Positions 1 to 8,325 of a stretch of 57,791 nucleotides of DNA are shown here, one piece after another. Every line of letters starts with the position of its first letter. Position 1 is the stretch's first letter. Both the position numbers and the translations under genes were made by a program. Source of the DNA: an uncultured Candidatus Saccharibacteria bacterium (GTDB lineage: Bacteria; Patescibacteriota; Minisyncoccia; Phycocordibacterales; SBAW01); the NCBI GenBank assembly GCA_964355655.1, contig CAYHDT010000005.1:1-57791 (forward strand), written 5' to 3'. The notes below the pieces were generated by a model. It did not search any database. It saw only the letters and a list, made by a program, of their open reading frames with translations, and had not been told where the DNA came from.

Positions 1-435
1 GCTAAAGAGAAAGTAGAGCAGTCGCTTAAAGACTACTTCCGCCCCGAGTTCCTCAACCGCATCGCCGAGGTAATTATCTTCAATATTCTTTCTCCCGAGG
101 CCGTCAAAGAGATAGTAGGGATACAGGTTAAAGAAGTGGTGGAGCGTCTGGCGGGGAAGGATATTACTCTTACTATCAATCCTGCCGTGTATGAGTATTT
201 GGGCCGCGAGGGCTACAATCCGCATTACGGTGCCCGCCCTCTGCGCCGCCTGATACAGGATAAAATATTGACCAAGGTTGCCAGTCTAATGGTGTCGCGT
301 AGCGTGCTTTCCGGCGGCTCGGTAACGGTGGACATGTCGGCTAAAGGAGAATTTACTTTTGAGGTAAAAAAGGGCGGCCGCACCAAAGCGGTCAAAATCT
401 CCGCCAGCGCTCTGGCGGAGGAGAAGGTATCATAA
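1..435 (+). CDS. Clp/Hsp100 ATPase (ClpB/ClpC) C-terminal part, 5'-truncated by window
   Basis: Frame open from base 1: FRPEFLNRIAEVIIF ... GYNPHYGARPLRRLIQ, the AAA2/D2-small motifs. Confidence 0.92.
   Translation, partial: AKEKVEQSLKDYFRPEFLNRIAEVIIFNILSPEAVKEIVGIQVKEVVERLAGKDITLTINPAVYEYLGREGYNPHYGARPLRRLIQDKILTKVASLMVSRSVLSGGSVTVDMSAKGEFTFEVKKGGRTKAVKISASALAEEKVS
399..420. repeat. 9-bp-stem palindrome in Clp C-terminal tail
   Basis: CTCCGCCAG-CGCT-CTGGCGGAG, translated as SASALAE. Confidence 0.6.
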
Positions 436-537
436 CCAAAAATTTCCTGTACTAGGAATTCTTGTTCGGAAAATTTTAGGAAAGAAAGAAGCCCCTTTGA
501 TGTAATCTCAGGGGCCTTGGTCATGCAGTATTGGACG

Positions 538-771
538 TCAGACTTCGCGGGCGACCGTACCGCCAACGAGTCGCGCGGTTTCTTCCGGCGTGGAACCGAG
601 CTGAAGCTCGCCTTCGCGCCGAAACAGTCCACAGGGCACTGGTGGGGAGGTCTCGCCCCAGTAGTGCATGTCGAGGACGATATTGCTGGGCAGGACGATA
701 GGGCCGCCCTTGCGATAGGCTTCGATCCCGACCACATAATTCTTACCTTCAAATTCGAAAGAGCAGTCCAT
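538..771 (-). CDS. hypothetical protein (77 aa)
   Basis: GGAG 7 nt before ATG; own TTGACA-17-TAAACT promoter (845-817); hairpin/U-tract terminator at ~480-518. Confidence 0.65.
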   Translation of the reverse strand: MDCSFEFEGKNYVVGIEAYRKGGPIVLPSNIVLDMHYWGETSPPVPCGLFRREGELQLGSTPEETARLVGGTVAREV

Positions 772-816
772 TGCTCGTCTCCGTCTGTGTCACGGTCAAA
801 AAAACTGTGTGAAAAC

Positions 817-845
817 AGTTTATCACATTTAAATATCTCTGTCAA
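817..845 (-). promoter_or_regulatory. sigma70-type promoter of 538..771
   Basis: TTGACA-N17-TAAACT on minus strand. Confidence 0.6.
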
Positions 846-938
846 CTGGTGCGCCGCATGGAACGAGATCGGAACTATTTTGAGCTATAAAACATAAACC
901 CCAGGCCGGATTGCCTGGGGTTGCGAACATTTTTTGCT

Positions 939-1334
939 TTAGTTCGCGGAGAAGGTGAGAGTGCCGGTTTTGGAGTCCAGATCGACACGAATGGTCTTGC
1001 TGAACATTCCGGCTTTCGACCAAGTGACGCCATTCAGAAACATCTTTTCGGTCGAGTTTGCGGCCATAACCTTGCGGATGGCTGCCAGAAATTCCGACTG
1101 GCTGATGATTGGCATCACCGCGTAACGATTGAACAGCTCGCGATGCGTGAAATGGACTTCCTTGTCCTTTTCGTCCGCAGCGACAATCCGGCAGGGGCCG
1201 GAGGCCCGTTCAGCGAAGCAATCCTGGATGACCGCGAGCTGTCCGTGCGCCGTGTACATTTCCCGCGGAGGGAAGTACGGGCGGAGCGAATCGAGGGAGC
1301 CCTGCACTGCAGGGTCGACTGGCTTGAACGTCAT
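939..1334 (-). CDS. hypothetical protein
   Basis: Track ORF 939..1397; start moved to ATG 1334 behind AAGGAAG; promoter TTGACA-17-TACTAT at 1443-1415; terminator AACCCCAGG..CCTGGGGTT at ~898-922. Confidence 0.6.
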   Translation of the reverse strand: MTFKPVDPAVQGSLDSLRPYFPPREMYTAHGQLAVIQDCFAERASGPCRIVAADEKDKEVHFTHRELFNRYAVMPIISQSEFLAAIRKVMAANSTEKMFLNGVTWSKAGMFSKTIRVDLDSKTGTLTFSAN

Positions 1335-1446
1335 GGCACTCTTCCTTTCGTTGCTCGAACTTCCGCCCAGGATACCGGAATGGGCATAATCGAGCAAAAC
1401 AGTATCCGTAAAAAATAGTACTCTATAAAAATTGATTTGTCAATAG

Positions 1447-1530
1447 TGCGCCGGGTTGGATTCGAACCAACGAAGTCGTGATGACAATGCGTTTACAGCG
1501 CATCCCGTTTGACCACTTCGGTACCGACGC
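1447..1530 (-). tRNA. tRNA-Tyr(GTA)
   Basis: GCGTCGG/CCGGCGC acceptor stem, CTGTAAA anticodon loop, long variable arm, GGTTCGAATCC T arm. Confidence 0.95.
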
Positions 1531-2128
1531 AGTGTTTCTGTCTGTACGATTCTATCAGATTAAGAACATCTCGCAACATTTTTTTGTCACTGTACCGTAA
1601 GTGTATCATTCCGTACTCCATCTTTCGGCCTTCGGCCCGAAAATCTTTTCTGACGTATGGCTTCGTAAATTGAGACATCGGGATTGAGAGCGTCTTGCTC
1701 CAAAATTTTGCAATGACCGGATAGTCTTGATTTGCGTGGCAGTATATGAAAGCTCTAAATTTTCGCTCGTTTAACTCATAACGATTCCTCAAAAATTTTA
1801 TGAATAGTTCAACCATTAATGGGTTGCTATTCGCGAAATCAATACCTTTTGCTTTTGCCGTCTTATACCCCTCTGCCCAGTAGAGCATTGCTCCGATTAT
1901 TTTTAGTTCTTTGCTATGTCGAGATCGGAGAGTAAATGAAGCAGGTTTTGCTTCGTACATGAGACGGTGTGATTCAGCAAAAGAACGCCGCGGTACAGTC
2001 GTTTTTCTCAGCACATAGGTAACCGCATCAATAGATACGCCGTAACTTTTTGCAACTACTCGCATCGGTTGTCCGGATTGATATAGGGTTCCCACTTTTT
2101 GCCATTCGGATTTTGGAATCGCGGACAT
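1493..2128 (-). CDS. HTH + LAGLIDADG-like (LYWAEG) protein, copy 1; 3' end overlaps tRNA-Tyr
   Basis: N-terminal HTH-like segment; IGAMLYWAEG-K ... FANSNPLM ... IYCH ... FWSKTL ... YG; last 38 nt lie in the tRNA. Confidence 0.7.
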   Translation of the reverse strand: MSAIPKSEWQKVGTLYQSGQPMRVVAKSYGVSIDAVTYVLRKTTVPRRSFAESHRLMYEAKPASFTLRSRHSKELKIIGAMLYWAEGYKTAKAKGIDFANSNPLMVELFIKFLRNRYELNERKFRAFIYCHANQDYPVIAKFWSKTLSIPMSQFTKPYVRKDFRAEGRKMEYGMIHLRYSDKKMLRDVLNLIESYRQKHCVGTEVVKRDAL

Positions 2129-2242
2129 ATTTTCATTTTCACGGCAGGCGAGCTAAAAGTCAAAGCAAGTTATATACATACACAAGTTACTTTGACCTAA
2201 GAAATTAATTTTTATCTAAAAATCAGATGGTATGATTAAGGC

Positions 2243-4153
2243 ATGAAGAAGGCCCTTCTGTATGCTCTTTTTGGCATAGTAGTTTTCTCTTTTGCTCCGG
2301 TTGGCACTGCCAACGCGGCGGGGGAGATTGTAGTCGGATCCACTACGCAGCCTAACGCCGTACCGGCCGCGCCAAAGACCGTTATCGCCCTTACGCGCTT
2401 TACCTTGCAAAACACAGGTACGAGCAGCGTTACGCTTACCGGACTTAACGTGCAGCAAGCGGGTACCGCGGCGGATTCTGTTATCGCCGGAGTACTGATA
2501 TGGGATGAAGATATCGCTGTAGTTGGTTCTAAATTAGGGACAAGCACTTTTGACTCCTCTCATGCGGCAACCATACTGCTTTCTTTTACCGTCTCCGCGG
2601 GCCAAACCCGTGCGCTCATACTTGGCGTTTCGATGGCGGCGGATATATCCGCCGAAGCCGGCAAAACTGTCTCACTTGTCCTGACAGGGCTGCAAACCTC
2701 TCCTTCCGCGCCAGTTGCGGGCCTGGTACCGTTTACCGGGGGTATCCAAGCGGTTATTCCCTCGCCGTTTATGCCCCCGCCGCAGTGTAAGATGTCGGCG
2801 ACGCCGTCGAGCCTTACTAAAGGCGGGAGTTTTACGCTTAAGTGGAGCAGTATCAACGCTACCTCGGCGAATATTCCGGGCCCGAGTCTGGGCGACGTGC
2901 CTGTGTCGGGTCAGGCAAATCTTATTCCCCTCAGTTCCACCCGCTATATAGGGACATTTATCGGCGCAGGAGGCAAAGCTACTTGTGAGACAATAATTAC
3001 CGTCTTCCTTACCGACGGGGCGAGTACCCCGATAGGGGATTCATCCGGAGATATTGTGTCTGACCCCGGCACCTTTGGCCCGCCCGCGCCGCTTGGACAA
3101 ACGCCGTCTCTTGGCGCTCCGCCGACTATACAGGCCGGGCCGCCGATTAAGCTCTCTAACAACGAAGGTTCGGGTTTAATTCCATGTACCGGCATCAACT
3201 GCCAAGCTTGCAGACTTGCCGACCTTGCTCAAAACATCATCAACTTTTTAATCGGGCTCTCTATCCCGCTGGCGGCGGCGATGTTCGCTTACGCGGGAGT
3301 CATTTACTTTACCTCCGGAGTCATAGATAAGATTGAAAAAGCAAAGAAAATCTTTACCTCCGTGCTTATCGGCTTTGCGCTGGTAGCGGGCGGGTGGCTC
3401 ATTGTACAGACCATACTCAGCACTATATTGAGCGACAGTTATAAAAATTGGAACGAAATCAAGTGTATACAAGCAAAGGATAATACTCCCGGCGGACGGC
3501 AACTAAACAAAAGTATAAACGACCTCCTCGGCTCGATAAGCGTACTTAATAACCTCAACACCAGCGGCCAGCCGCCGGTAACGCCAGCGTCTTATCTGTC
3601 GGGAGGCCAACTGACACCGCCGCCGGGCGGAGGATGCGATGAGGCAACCAACACATGTTGGGACAAAGACGGCAAGATGGTCGACCCGGTAAGAACTTCT
3701 GTAACTAATCCGGAAATGGAAGCGCAGATAGCCGAAGCCTGTTCCAAATATGGAATGAGCAGCAGTGAATGCGCTTATGCAAAAAGTATCGCGATGAATG
3801 AGTCCAGCGGCGGTAAAAATTGCACCACTAGCGCGACAGGAGCTGCCGGCTGCATGCAGGTGCTTGCAACGACCGCGTGTGGTCTGGACTCTTCTATATC
3901 ATCTAGTTGTGGTGCATGCACTGCCAGCCGCAACAGCACTAGTGCCGCATGTGCACCGGTCATTCAAACCATTGCAAGTAACTCCCAGCTTGGTACCAAT
4001 CTCGGGATACAATACTATCATCAGATGTACAGCCAATACGGAGGTTCCTGCCAATTGGCCGCCGCCGCTTACTATCAAGGTCCCGGAAACGTAAAAAAAT
4101 ACGGCGGTGTGCCGCCTAATGCAGTTAGTTATGTCAATACGGCGTGCAGATAG
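2243..4153 (+). CDS. secreted/membrane protein: Ig-like region + TrbC/VirB2-like pilin segment + C-terminal lytic transglycosylase (SLT)
   Basis: Signal peptide; LIPC..C..C followed by two TM helices; SLT motifs AMNESSG, AAGCMQV, AAYYQGPG. Confidence 0.75.
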   Translation: MKKALLYALFGIVVFSFAPVGTANAAGEIVVGSTTQPNAVPAAPKTVIALTRFTLQNTGTSSVTLTGLNVQQAGTAADSVIAGVLIWDEDIAVVGSKLGTSTFDSSHAATILLSFTVSAGQTRALILGVSMAADISAEAGKTVSLVLTGLQTSPSAPVAGLVPFTGGIQAVIPSPFMPPPQCKMSATPSSLTKGGSFTLKWSSINATSANIPGPSLGDVPVSGQANLIPLSSTRYIGTFIGAGGKATCETIITVFLTDGASTPIGDSSGDIVSDPGTFGPPAPLGQTPSLGAPPTIQAGPPIKLSNNEGSGLIPCTGINCQACRLADLAQNIINFLIGLSIPLAAAMFAYAGVIYFTSGVIDKIEKAKKIFTSVLIGFALVAGGWLIVQTILSTILSDSYKNWNEIKCIQAKDNTPGGRQLNKSINDLLGSISVLNNLNTSGQPPVTPASYLSGGQLTPPPGGGCDEATNTCWDKDGKMVDPVRTSVTNPEMEAQIAEACSKYGMSSSECAYAKSIAMNESSGGKNCTTSATGAAGCMQVLATTACGLDSSISSSCGACTASRNSTSAACAPVIQTIASNSQLGTNLGIQYYHQMYSQYGGSCQLAAAAYYQGPGNVKKYGGVPPNAVSYVNTACR

Positions 4154-4167
4154 AGTACAATCAAATT

Positions 4168-4872
4168 ATGCAAGCACAATTTTCTAAAATTATAATAATC
4201 ATCTGCGCTGTTCTCGTTGTGGTAGGTGGAGGATTCTTGCTTTTTTCGTGGTTATCTACGCCAGGTTCGAAGCTTAATACACAGACGCCGCCATCCGGTA
4301 CCTCCTATGGCGGTTCGAATCAAATTTCGGTACAGACTCCATCTTCTACATCAAATCAACAACAAACATTGCCGGACATCCAAGGTGCATACGCGCGGCT
4401 CTTTGAGAAAATTTTGGCTAAAAAAATACTGTTTGCCAGGGTAAACTCTTCTACAGGAGATACAGGGAGTCTTTATAGTCTGTACGCTAAAGATGTGGCT
4501 GAAGCAAAGAAAATGTTTCCGGCACAAAGTGACTTTTCTATAGGGGTAGCGCTTCTTGATATTACCGATGACGGCGTCGCCGAAGCATTAGTGTTGGATG
4601 ATCTACCCGGCTATTGCGGTACCGGCGGCTGCACGCTTGATATATATAAAAAACAAAATGGGAAATGGGTATCAATATACAATGTACTCGCGCAAGGTGA
4701 GATAGGACTTTCAAATACGATTACTAGCGGGTATCAGGATCTCTTTTTGTCGGTGCATACCAGTGGGAGTCCAAATACTGCTGTGGTGCGTTATGTATGG
4801 GATGGCAAGACATATCAGCCGGGGGAGGTCATGGCTGTCTGGGATGGAACTATTTTCCGTACCGCCCAATAA
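4168..4872 (+). CDS. membrane-anchored exported protein with D-x-x-x-D-G and CGTGGC motifs
   Basis: N-terminal TM; LDITDDGVAEAL...YCGTGGCTLDIY. Confidence 0.7.
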   Translation: MQAQFSKIIIIICAVLVVVGGGFLLFSWLSTPGSKLNTQTPPSGTSYGGSNQISVQTPSSTSNQQQTLPDIQGAYARLFEKILAKKILFARVNSSTGDTGSLYSLYAKDVAEAKKMFPAQSDFSIGVALLDITDDGVAEALVLDDLPGYCGTGGCTLDIYKKQNGKWVSIYNVLAQGEIGLSNTITSGYQDLFLSVHTSGSPNTAVVRYVWDGKTYQPGEVMAVWDGTIFRTAQ

Positions 4873-4920
4873 GTTGCGCTAAAATGCGGTTTAGGGTAAA
4901 GTGTTTTGGCAATGTCACAA

Positions 4921-4961
4921 AGCCGACGCCTTGGTCGGCTCCCCGACTGAAAACGTCGGGG
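4921..4961. repeat. tandem double hairpin (REP-like)
   Basis: AGCCGAC-GCCTTG-GTCGGCT followed by CCCCGAC-TGAAAAC-GTCGGGG. Confidence 0.7.
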
Positions 4962-4981
4962 GATAGTTATGATTTAAATTT

Positions 4982-5140
4982 ATGTCTCAAGATAGATTGA
5001 TAAAATTACAGTGTTCGAAGTGCAAGCGCATCAACTACTGGACCTCCAAGAATAAAAAGTTGGTGACGCGCAAAATCGAGCTTAAGAAGTTCTGCAACTG
5101 GTGCCGCGCCTCCACTGTGCACAAAGAGGCTAAGAAGTAG
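4982..5140 (+). CDS. rpmG: 50S ribosomal protein L33 (52 aa, Zn-binding type); not in ORF track
   Basis: MSQDRLIKLQCSKCKRINYWTSKNKKLVTRKIELKKFCNWCRASTVHKEAKK; two CxxC pairs. Confidence 0.95.
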   Translation: MSQDRLIKLQCSKCKRINYWTSKNKKLVTRKIELKKFCNWCRASTVHKEAKK

Positions 5141-5150
5141 TTATCCACAG

Positions 5151-5173
5151 TTTCCAAGGACTCTCCTTGGAAA
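5151..5173. repeat. AAGG-N5-CCTT family hairpin
   Basis: TTTCCAAGG-ACTCT-CCTTGGAAA. Confidence 0.7.
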
Positions 5174-5183
5174 TTTTCTTTTT

Positions 5184-5257
5184 TGGCGGGCGATGAAGGA
5201 ATCGAACCTTCAATAACGGTTTTGGAGACCGTTGTGATACCGTTTCACCAATCGCCC
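5184..5257 (-). tRNA. tRNA-Trp(CCA), CCA end encoded
   Basis: GGGCGAT/ATCGCCC acceptor stem, CTCCAAA loop, GGTTCGATTCC T arm. Confidence 0.95.
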
Positions 5258-5268
5258 GTACGCGCATC

Positions 5269-6111
5269 TTAGCGCGAAAGGAATTTTTTTGAAAGTCGCA
5301 GAGCCTCTTTTTTGCCGCCCACCCAGTGTATGTCTTTGTGGCGCTTAAACCACCGGTTTTGGCGTTTTGCATACTGCTCTTCTCCGCGGACAATCGCATC
5401 CGCCAACTGCTTTTTAGTTATCTTTTTATCCAGATAGTCGGCTAATAAGGCAAACTCAAATCCCAACTCCAAGAATCTTTTTTTAGACAGTGCGGCGCGG
5501 AGTTTTTTTGCTTCGGCTACCATACCGAGCTTTAGGCGCGCCGTGACGCCCGCGCGGATGTTTTTAGATTTTTTTAAGCCCAGCCACAGCACCCGGTAGG
5601 GGGGCTCGCGCACCAGGCTTGGCACGGTGCCGAGAGTTTTCGCTATCTCTATCGCGCGGATCATCCGTACCGGATTGCGCTTGTCTACGCGTTTGGCGCT
5701 GGCCGGGTCGATTTTTTGCAGTATCGCAAAAAGCTGCGCAGGAGACTTTTTAGCAAGCGCCGCGCGGAGTGTTTTATCCGGCGCGACTTTCGGCAGGCGC
5801 CATCCGCGCAAAAAAGCATCGGCATAAAGCCCGGCTCCGCCGACTACAATAGGTATTCTAGTATTTTGCAAAATACTGGAACAGATTTTCGCCGCATCTT
5901 TTTGGTACTGGCCGACGCTGTATTGGCGGCGCGGGTCGGCAACTCCCACCATGTGGCCTCTCTCCGCGCGCGAGATGACAGCCATGCCCCTATAGAGCTG
6001 CCGGCTGTCGGCCGAGATAATCTCCCCGTTCAGTTTTTTAGCAAGCCAAATGCCGAGCGAGCTCTTGCCCGAGGCGGTCGGGCCCACAATAGCTATAACT
6101 TTATGCTTCAT
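5269..6111 (-). CDS. miaA: tRNA dimethylallyltransferase
   Basis: GPTASGKS, IISADSRQLY, VGGAGLY, YAKRQ..WF. Confidence 0.95.
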   Translation of the reverse strand: MKHKVIAIVGPTASGKSSLGIWLAKKLNGEIISADSRQLYRGMAVISRAERGHMVGVADPRRQYSVGQYQKDAAKICSSILQNTRIPIVVGGAGLYADAFLRGWRLPKVAPDKTLRAALAKKSPAQLFAILQKIDPASAKRVDKRNPVRMIRAIEIAKTLGTVPSLVREPPYRVLWLGLKKSKNIRAGVTARLKLGMVAEAKKLRAALSKKRFLELGFEFALLADYLDKKITKKQLADAIVRGEEQYAKRQNRWFKRHKDIHWVGGKKEALRLSKKFLSR

Positions 6112-6144
6112 CCGGGTAACTGTACAAAATAAAAAACCCCGGCG

Positions 6145-7029
6145 CTATGCCGGGGTATGTTCTTTGTCCGCAAGATAGGCGCGGATGGATGCGAGATAGC
6201 GTTCCATCCCATCGACCTGGTAGCCTTCGATTTTATCTTGTTCCCACCCGAATTTTACGACGGTTGAAACCGAAACAATGCTGCAGCCTTCGATACCACG
6301 CCGCTTAAGAGCTGCGTCGCCGCCAATGTCGTACCCGAGCACTGTCAGCCGATTGTGCACGGTATACGGCGCTCTGCGCAGCTGGTCGGTCGCTTCGGTA
6401 ACTTCCCGTTCGATGACCACGTGCGTAGCGCCAAGGGTCAGAGCTTCTTCCGGCGGCATCGGGTTGATGTGTTCGTTCTTTCCCGTGCCTTTGCTACGGA
6501 CACCTGTCGCAATAATGGTGCGGAATGTCTTCCGGCTTCGCGTACCTTCCAAATATCGGAGGAATTGCGCCGGGCACGTTATCGCAGAGATGCCCGCAAA
6601 TTCCGCTTTGACTTGCCGTCTCATAAGCCATTCAAAGTCTGCGTACCCGTACTCCCGCTTGCACTCCTCATCATTCTGGTCCGAGCGTATCGGAATCATG
6701 ACTATGGTCATTTGACCCGATAGAGCGCGAATCGATTTGAGAGTTTCACTGTTGACACCACTGTCAACACTTAAGTATTGCGGAGCATACGGACCCAATG
6801 CCCGGTACAGCTTGATGATGGAGACCATACGATCATGAACATCGGTGTGTTTGAGGTCAACAAATACATTGACCCGCCCGCCGATATTTTTAAGGATATT
6901 CTCCAACCCTTGCTTCAGGATAAGGTTACCGAGCTTAATTCCCCATACTCCCTGGATAGGGAGGATGTTGATGATTTGTTGACGCAACTCGCCGCTCGCC
7001 CGGTCCAGGCCGAGAATGATGCTGTCCAC
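6145..7029 (-). CDS. OMP decarboxylase (PyrF)-like protein fused to a C-terminal PyrE-like fragment
   Basis: GTG start behind GGAG; ILGLD, GIKLG, VDLKHTD, TGVR, GATHVVI; tail resembles the OPRTase C-terminus without the PRPP motif. Confidence 0.65.
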   Translation of the reverse strand: MDSIILGLDRASGELRQQIINILPIQGVWGIKLGNLILKQGLENILKNIGGRVNVFVDLKHTDVHDRMVSIIKLYRALGPYAPQYLSVDSGVNSETLKSIRALSGQMTIVMIPIRSDQNDEECKREYGYADFEWLMRRQVKAEFAGISAITCPAQFLRYLEGTRSRKTFRTIIATGVRSKGTGKNEHINPMPPEEALTLGATHVVIEREVTEATDQLRRAPYTVHNRLTVLGYDIGGDAALKRRGIEGCSIVSVSTVVKFGWEQDKIEGYQVDGMERYLASIRAYLADKEHTPA

Positions 7030-7096
7030 CGTTTTTTCTCCCTGCTTAACTATTGTCTGCCCACACCGTACCAAAATATTCCTTTTAAAACAAACG

Positions 7097-7244
7097 TTGT
7101 GCCGGGAGAGAGAATCGGTCACAACTCCCGTCGGGCCGTCGCCCGCCGGGGTCGCGACCCCGGCTCGCGGTCCAGCAGGTGCTGGACATCGCTCCGCCTT
7201 TCGATTCTCGCAAAAACTTCGTTTTGTGCCGGGAGAGAGAATCG
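7097..7244 (-). mobile_element. ~106-bp GC-rich mini-element at tRNA-Leu 3' end, flanked by a 21-bp direct repeat
   Basis: TTGTGCCGGGAGAGAGAATCG at 7097-7117 and 7224-7244; internal hairpins. Confidence 0.75.
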
Positions 7245-7310
7245 AACTCTCATGATGTTGCCATCGCGGGATTTTGAGTCCCGTGCGTCTACCAATTCCG
7301 CCATCCCGGC
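7227..7310 (-). tRNA. tRNA-Leu(CAA)
   Basis: GCCGGGA/TCCCGGC acceptor stem, CTCAAAA loop, long variable arm. Confidence 0.95.
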
Positions 7311-7335
7311 AGGATGCCATGTTAGAATATCTCCA

Positions 7336-8325
7336 ATGCTGCAATTTCACAATAACGCAATTTTTTGGGTGGAGGTCGATAAAATCAAACCGAACCCGTT
7401 TCAGCCGCGCAAGGAGTTTGATGAGGCCAAGCTCAATGACCTGGCAAAGTCGATCCGCCAGTACGGCGTTATCCAGCCGTTAACAGTCACTCGCGTCGAA
7501 GTAGAGAAGCCCGACGGCGGGATAGCTACCGAATACGAGCTTATCGCCGGGGAGCGCCGGCTGCGCGCCGCAAAACTGGCGGGCGTGGGCTCGGTACCGG
7601 TGCTTATCCGCGCGGGGCACGATGACGACAAAACTAAGCTCGAGCTGGCTATTATAGAAAACCTCCAGCGCGAGGACCTTAACCCGGTAGACCGCGCCAA
7701 AGCTTTTGATCAGCTGGTGCGCCAATTCGGCTTTAAGCACGTACAAGTGGCAGAAAAGGTCGGCAGGTCCCGCGAGTATGTCAGCAACACTATCCGCCTA
7801 TTGCTGCTGCCGCAGACAATGCAGGACGCTTTGTCCGAAGGGAAAATAAGCGAGGGACACACCCGCCCGCTCCTGATGCTTGCCGACCGTCCAACCGAGC
7901 AGGAGGTGCTTTTTAGAGAAATTATGCTGAAGCGGCTTACGGTGCGCGACACCGAGTCTATCGCTCGGCGCATCGCCTTTGACCGCGTGCGCAAAAAAGA
8001 ATATTTATACTCGCCTGAAATTTTGAGCATGGAGCGGGAGCTTACCGAGGCGCTCGGTACGCGTGTTGCGATCGAGCCCAAGGAGCACGGCGGCAAACTC
8101 TCTATTGACTTTATGTCCGAGGACGACCTTAGGGTGCTTTTTGCCGCGCTTGCCGCGCGGATTGCAGCCGGCAAACAGCCGGCTGTCCCGACCGAAGTGG
8201 AGGGACACAGCCCCTCGACTAGGCTCGGGGCAACCAGCTCATCTGATGAGCTGGTTGATGACCGCTCTAAAGATGAAATAGTAAAAGACGAAAACACCTT
8301 CGACCCGGGCAGTTTTTCCCTTTAG
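7336..8325 (+). CDS. parB: ParB/Spo0J partition protein
   Basis: NPFQPRKEF, YGVIQP, LIAGERRLRA, IIENLQREDLNP; start set at ATG 7336. Confidence 0.95.
   Translation: MLQFHNNAIFWVEVDKIKPNPFQPRKEFDEAKLNDLAKSIRQYGVIQPLTVTRVEVEKPDGGIATEYELIAGERRLRAAKLAGVGSVPVLIRAGHDDDKTKLELAIIENLQREDLNPVDRAKAFDQLVRQFGFKHVQVAEKVGRSREYVSNTIRLLLLPQTMQDALSEGKISEGHTRPLLMLADRPTEQEVLFREIMLKRLTVRDTESIARRIAFDRVRKKEYLYSPEILSMERELTEALGTRVAIEPKEHGGKLSIDFMSEDDLRVLFAALAARIAAGKQPAVPTEVEGHSPSTRLGATSSSDELVDDRSKDEIVKDENTFDPGSFSL

Noticed and set aside
517-897. 126-aa plus-strand ORF
   Set aside because: It overlaps the minus-strand gene 538..771, which has a promoter, SD and terminator
1447-2128. LYWAEG genes as tRNA-intron-encoded endonucleases
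   Set aside because: Both tRNAs are intact and contiguous, and no tRNA half lies on the other side of the ORFs
5141-5149. Perfect DnaA box TTATCCACA
   Set aside because: Single copy with no box cluster, AT-rich unwinding region or dnaA nearby; not evidence of oriC
6778-7335. N-terminal extension of ParB in the ORF track (515 aa)
   Set aside because: It crosses tRNA-Leu and the pyrF-like gene antisense; ParB similarity starts at ATG 7336, which has a -10 element 7 nt upstream
7030-7350. N-terminal extension of the PyrF-like ORF through tRNA-Leu
   Set aside because: It merely translates the tRNA and mini-element; SD plus GTG at 7029 marks the domain start
7336-8325. parS site near parB
   Set aside because: No GTTTCACGTGAAAC-like palindrome was seen in the window
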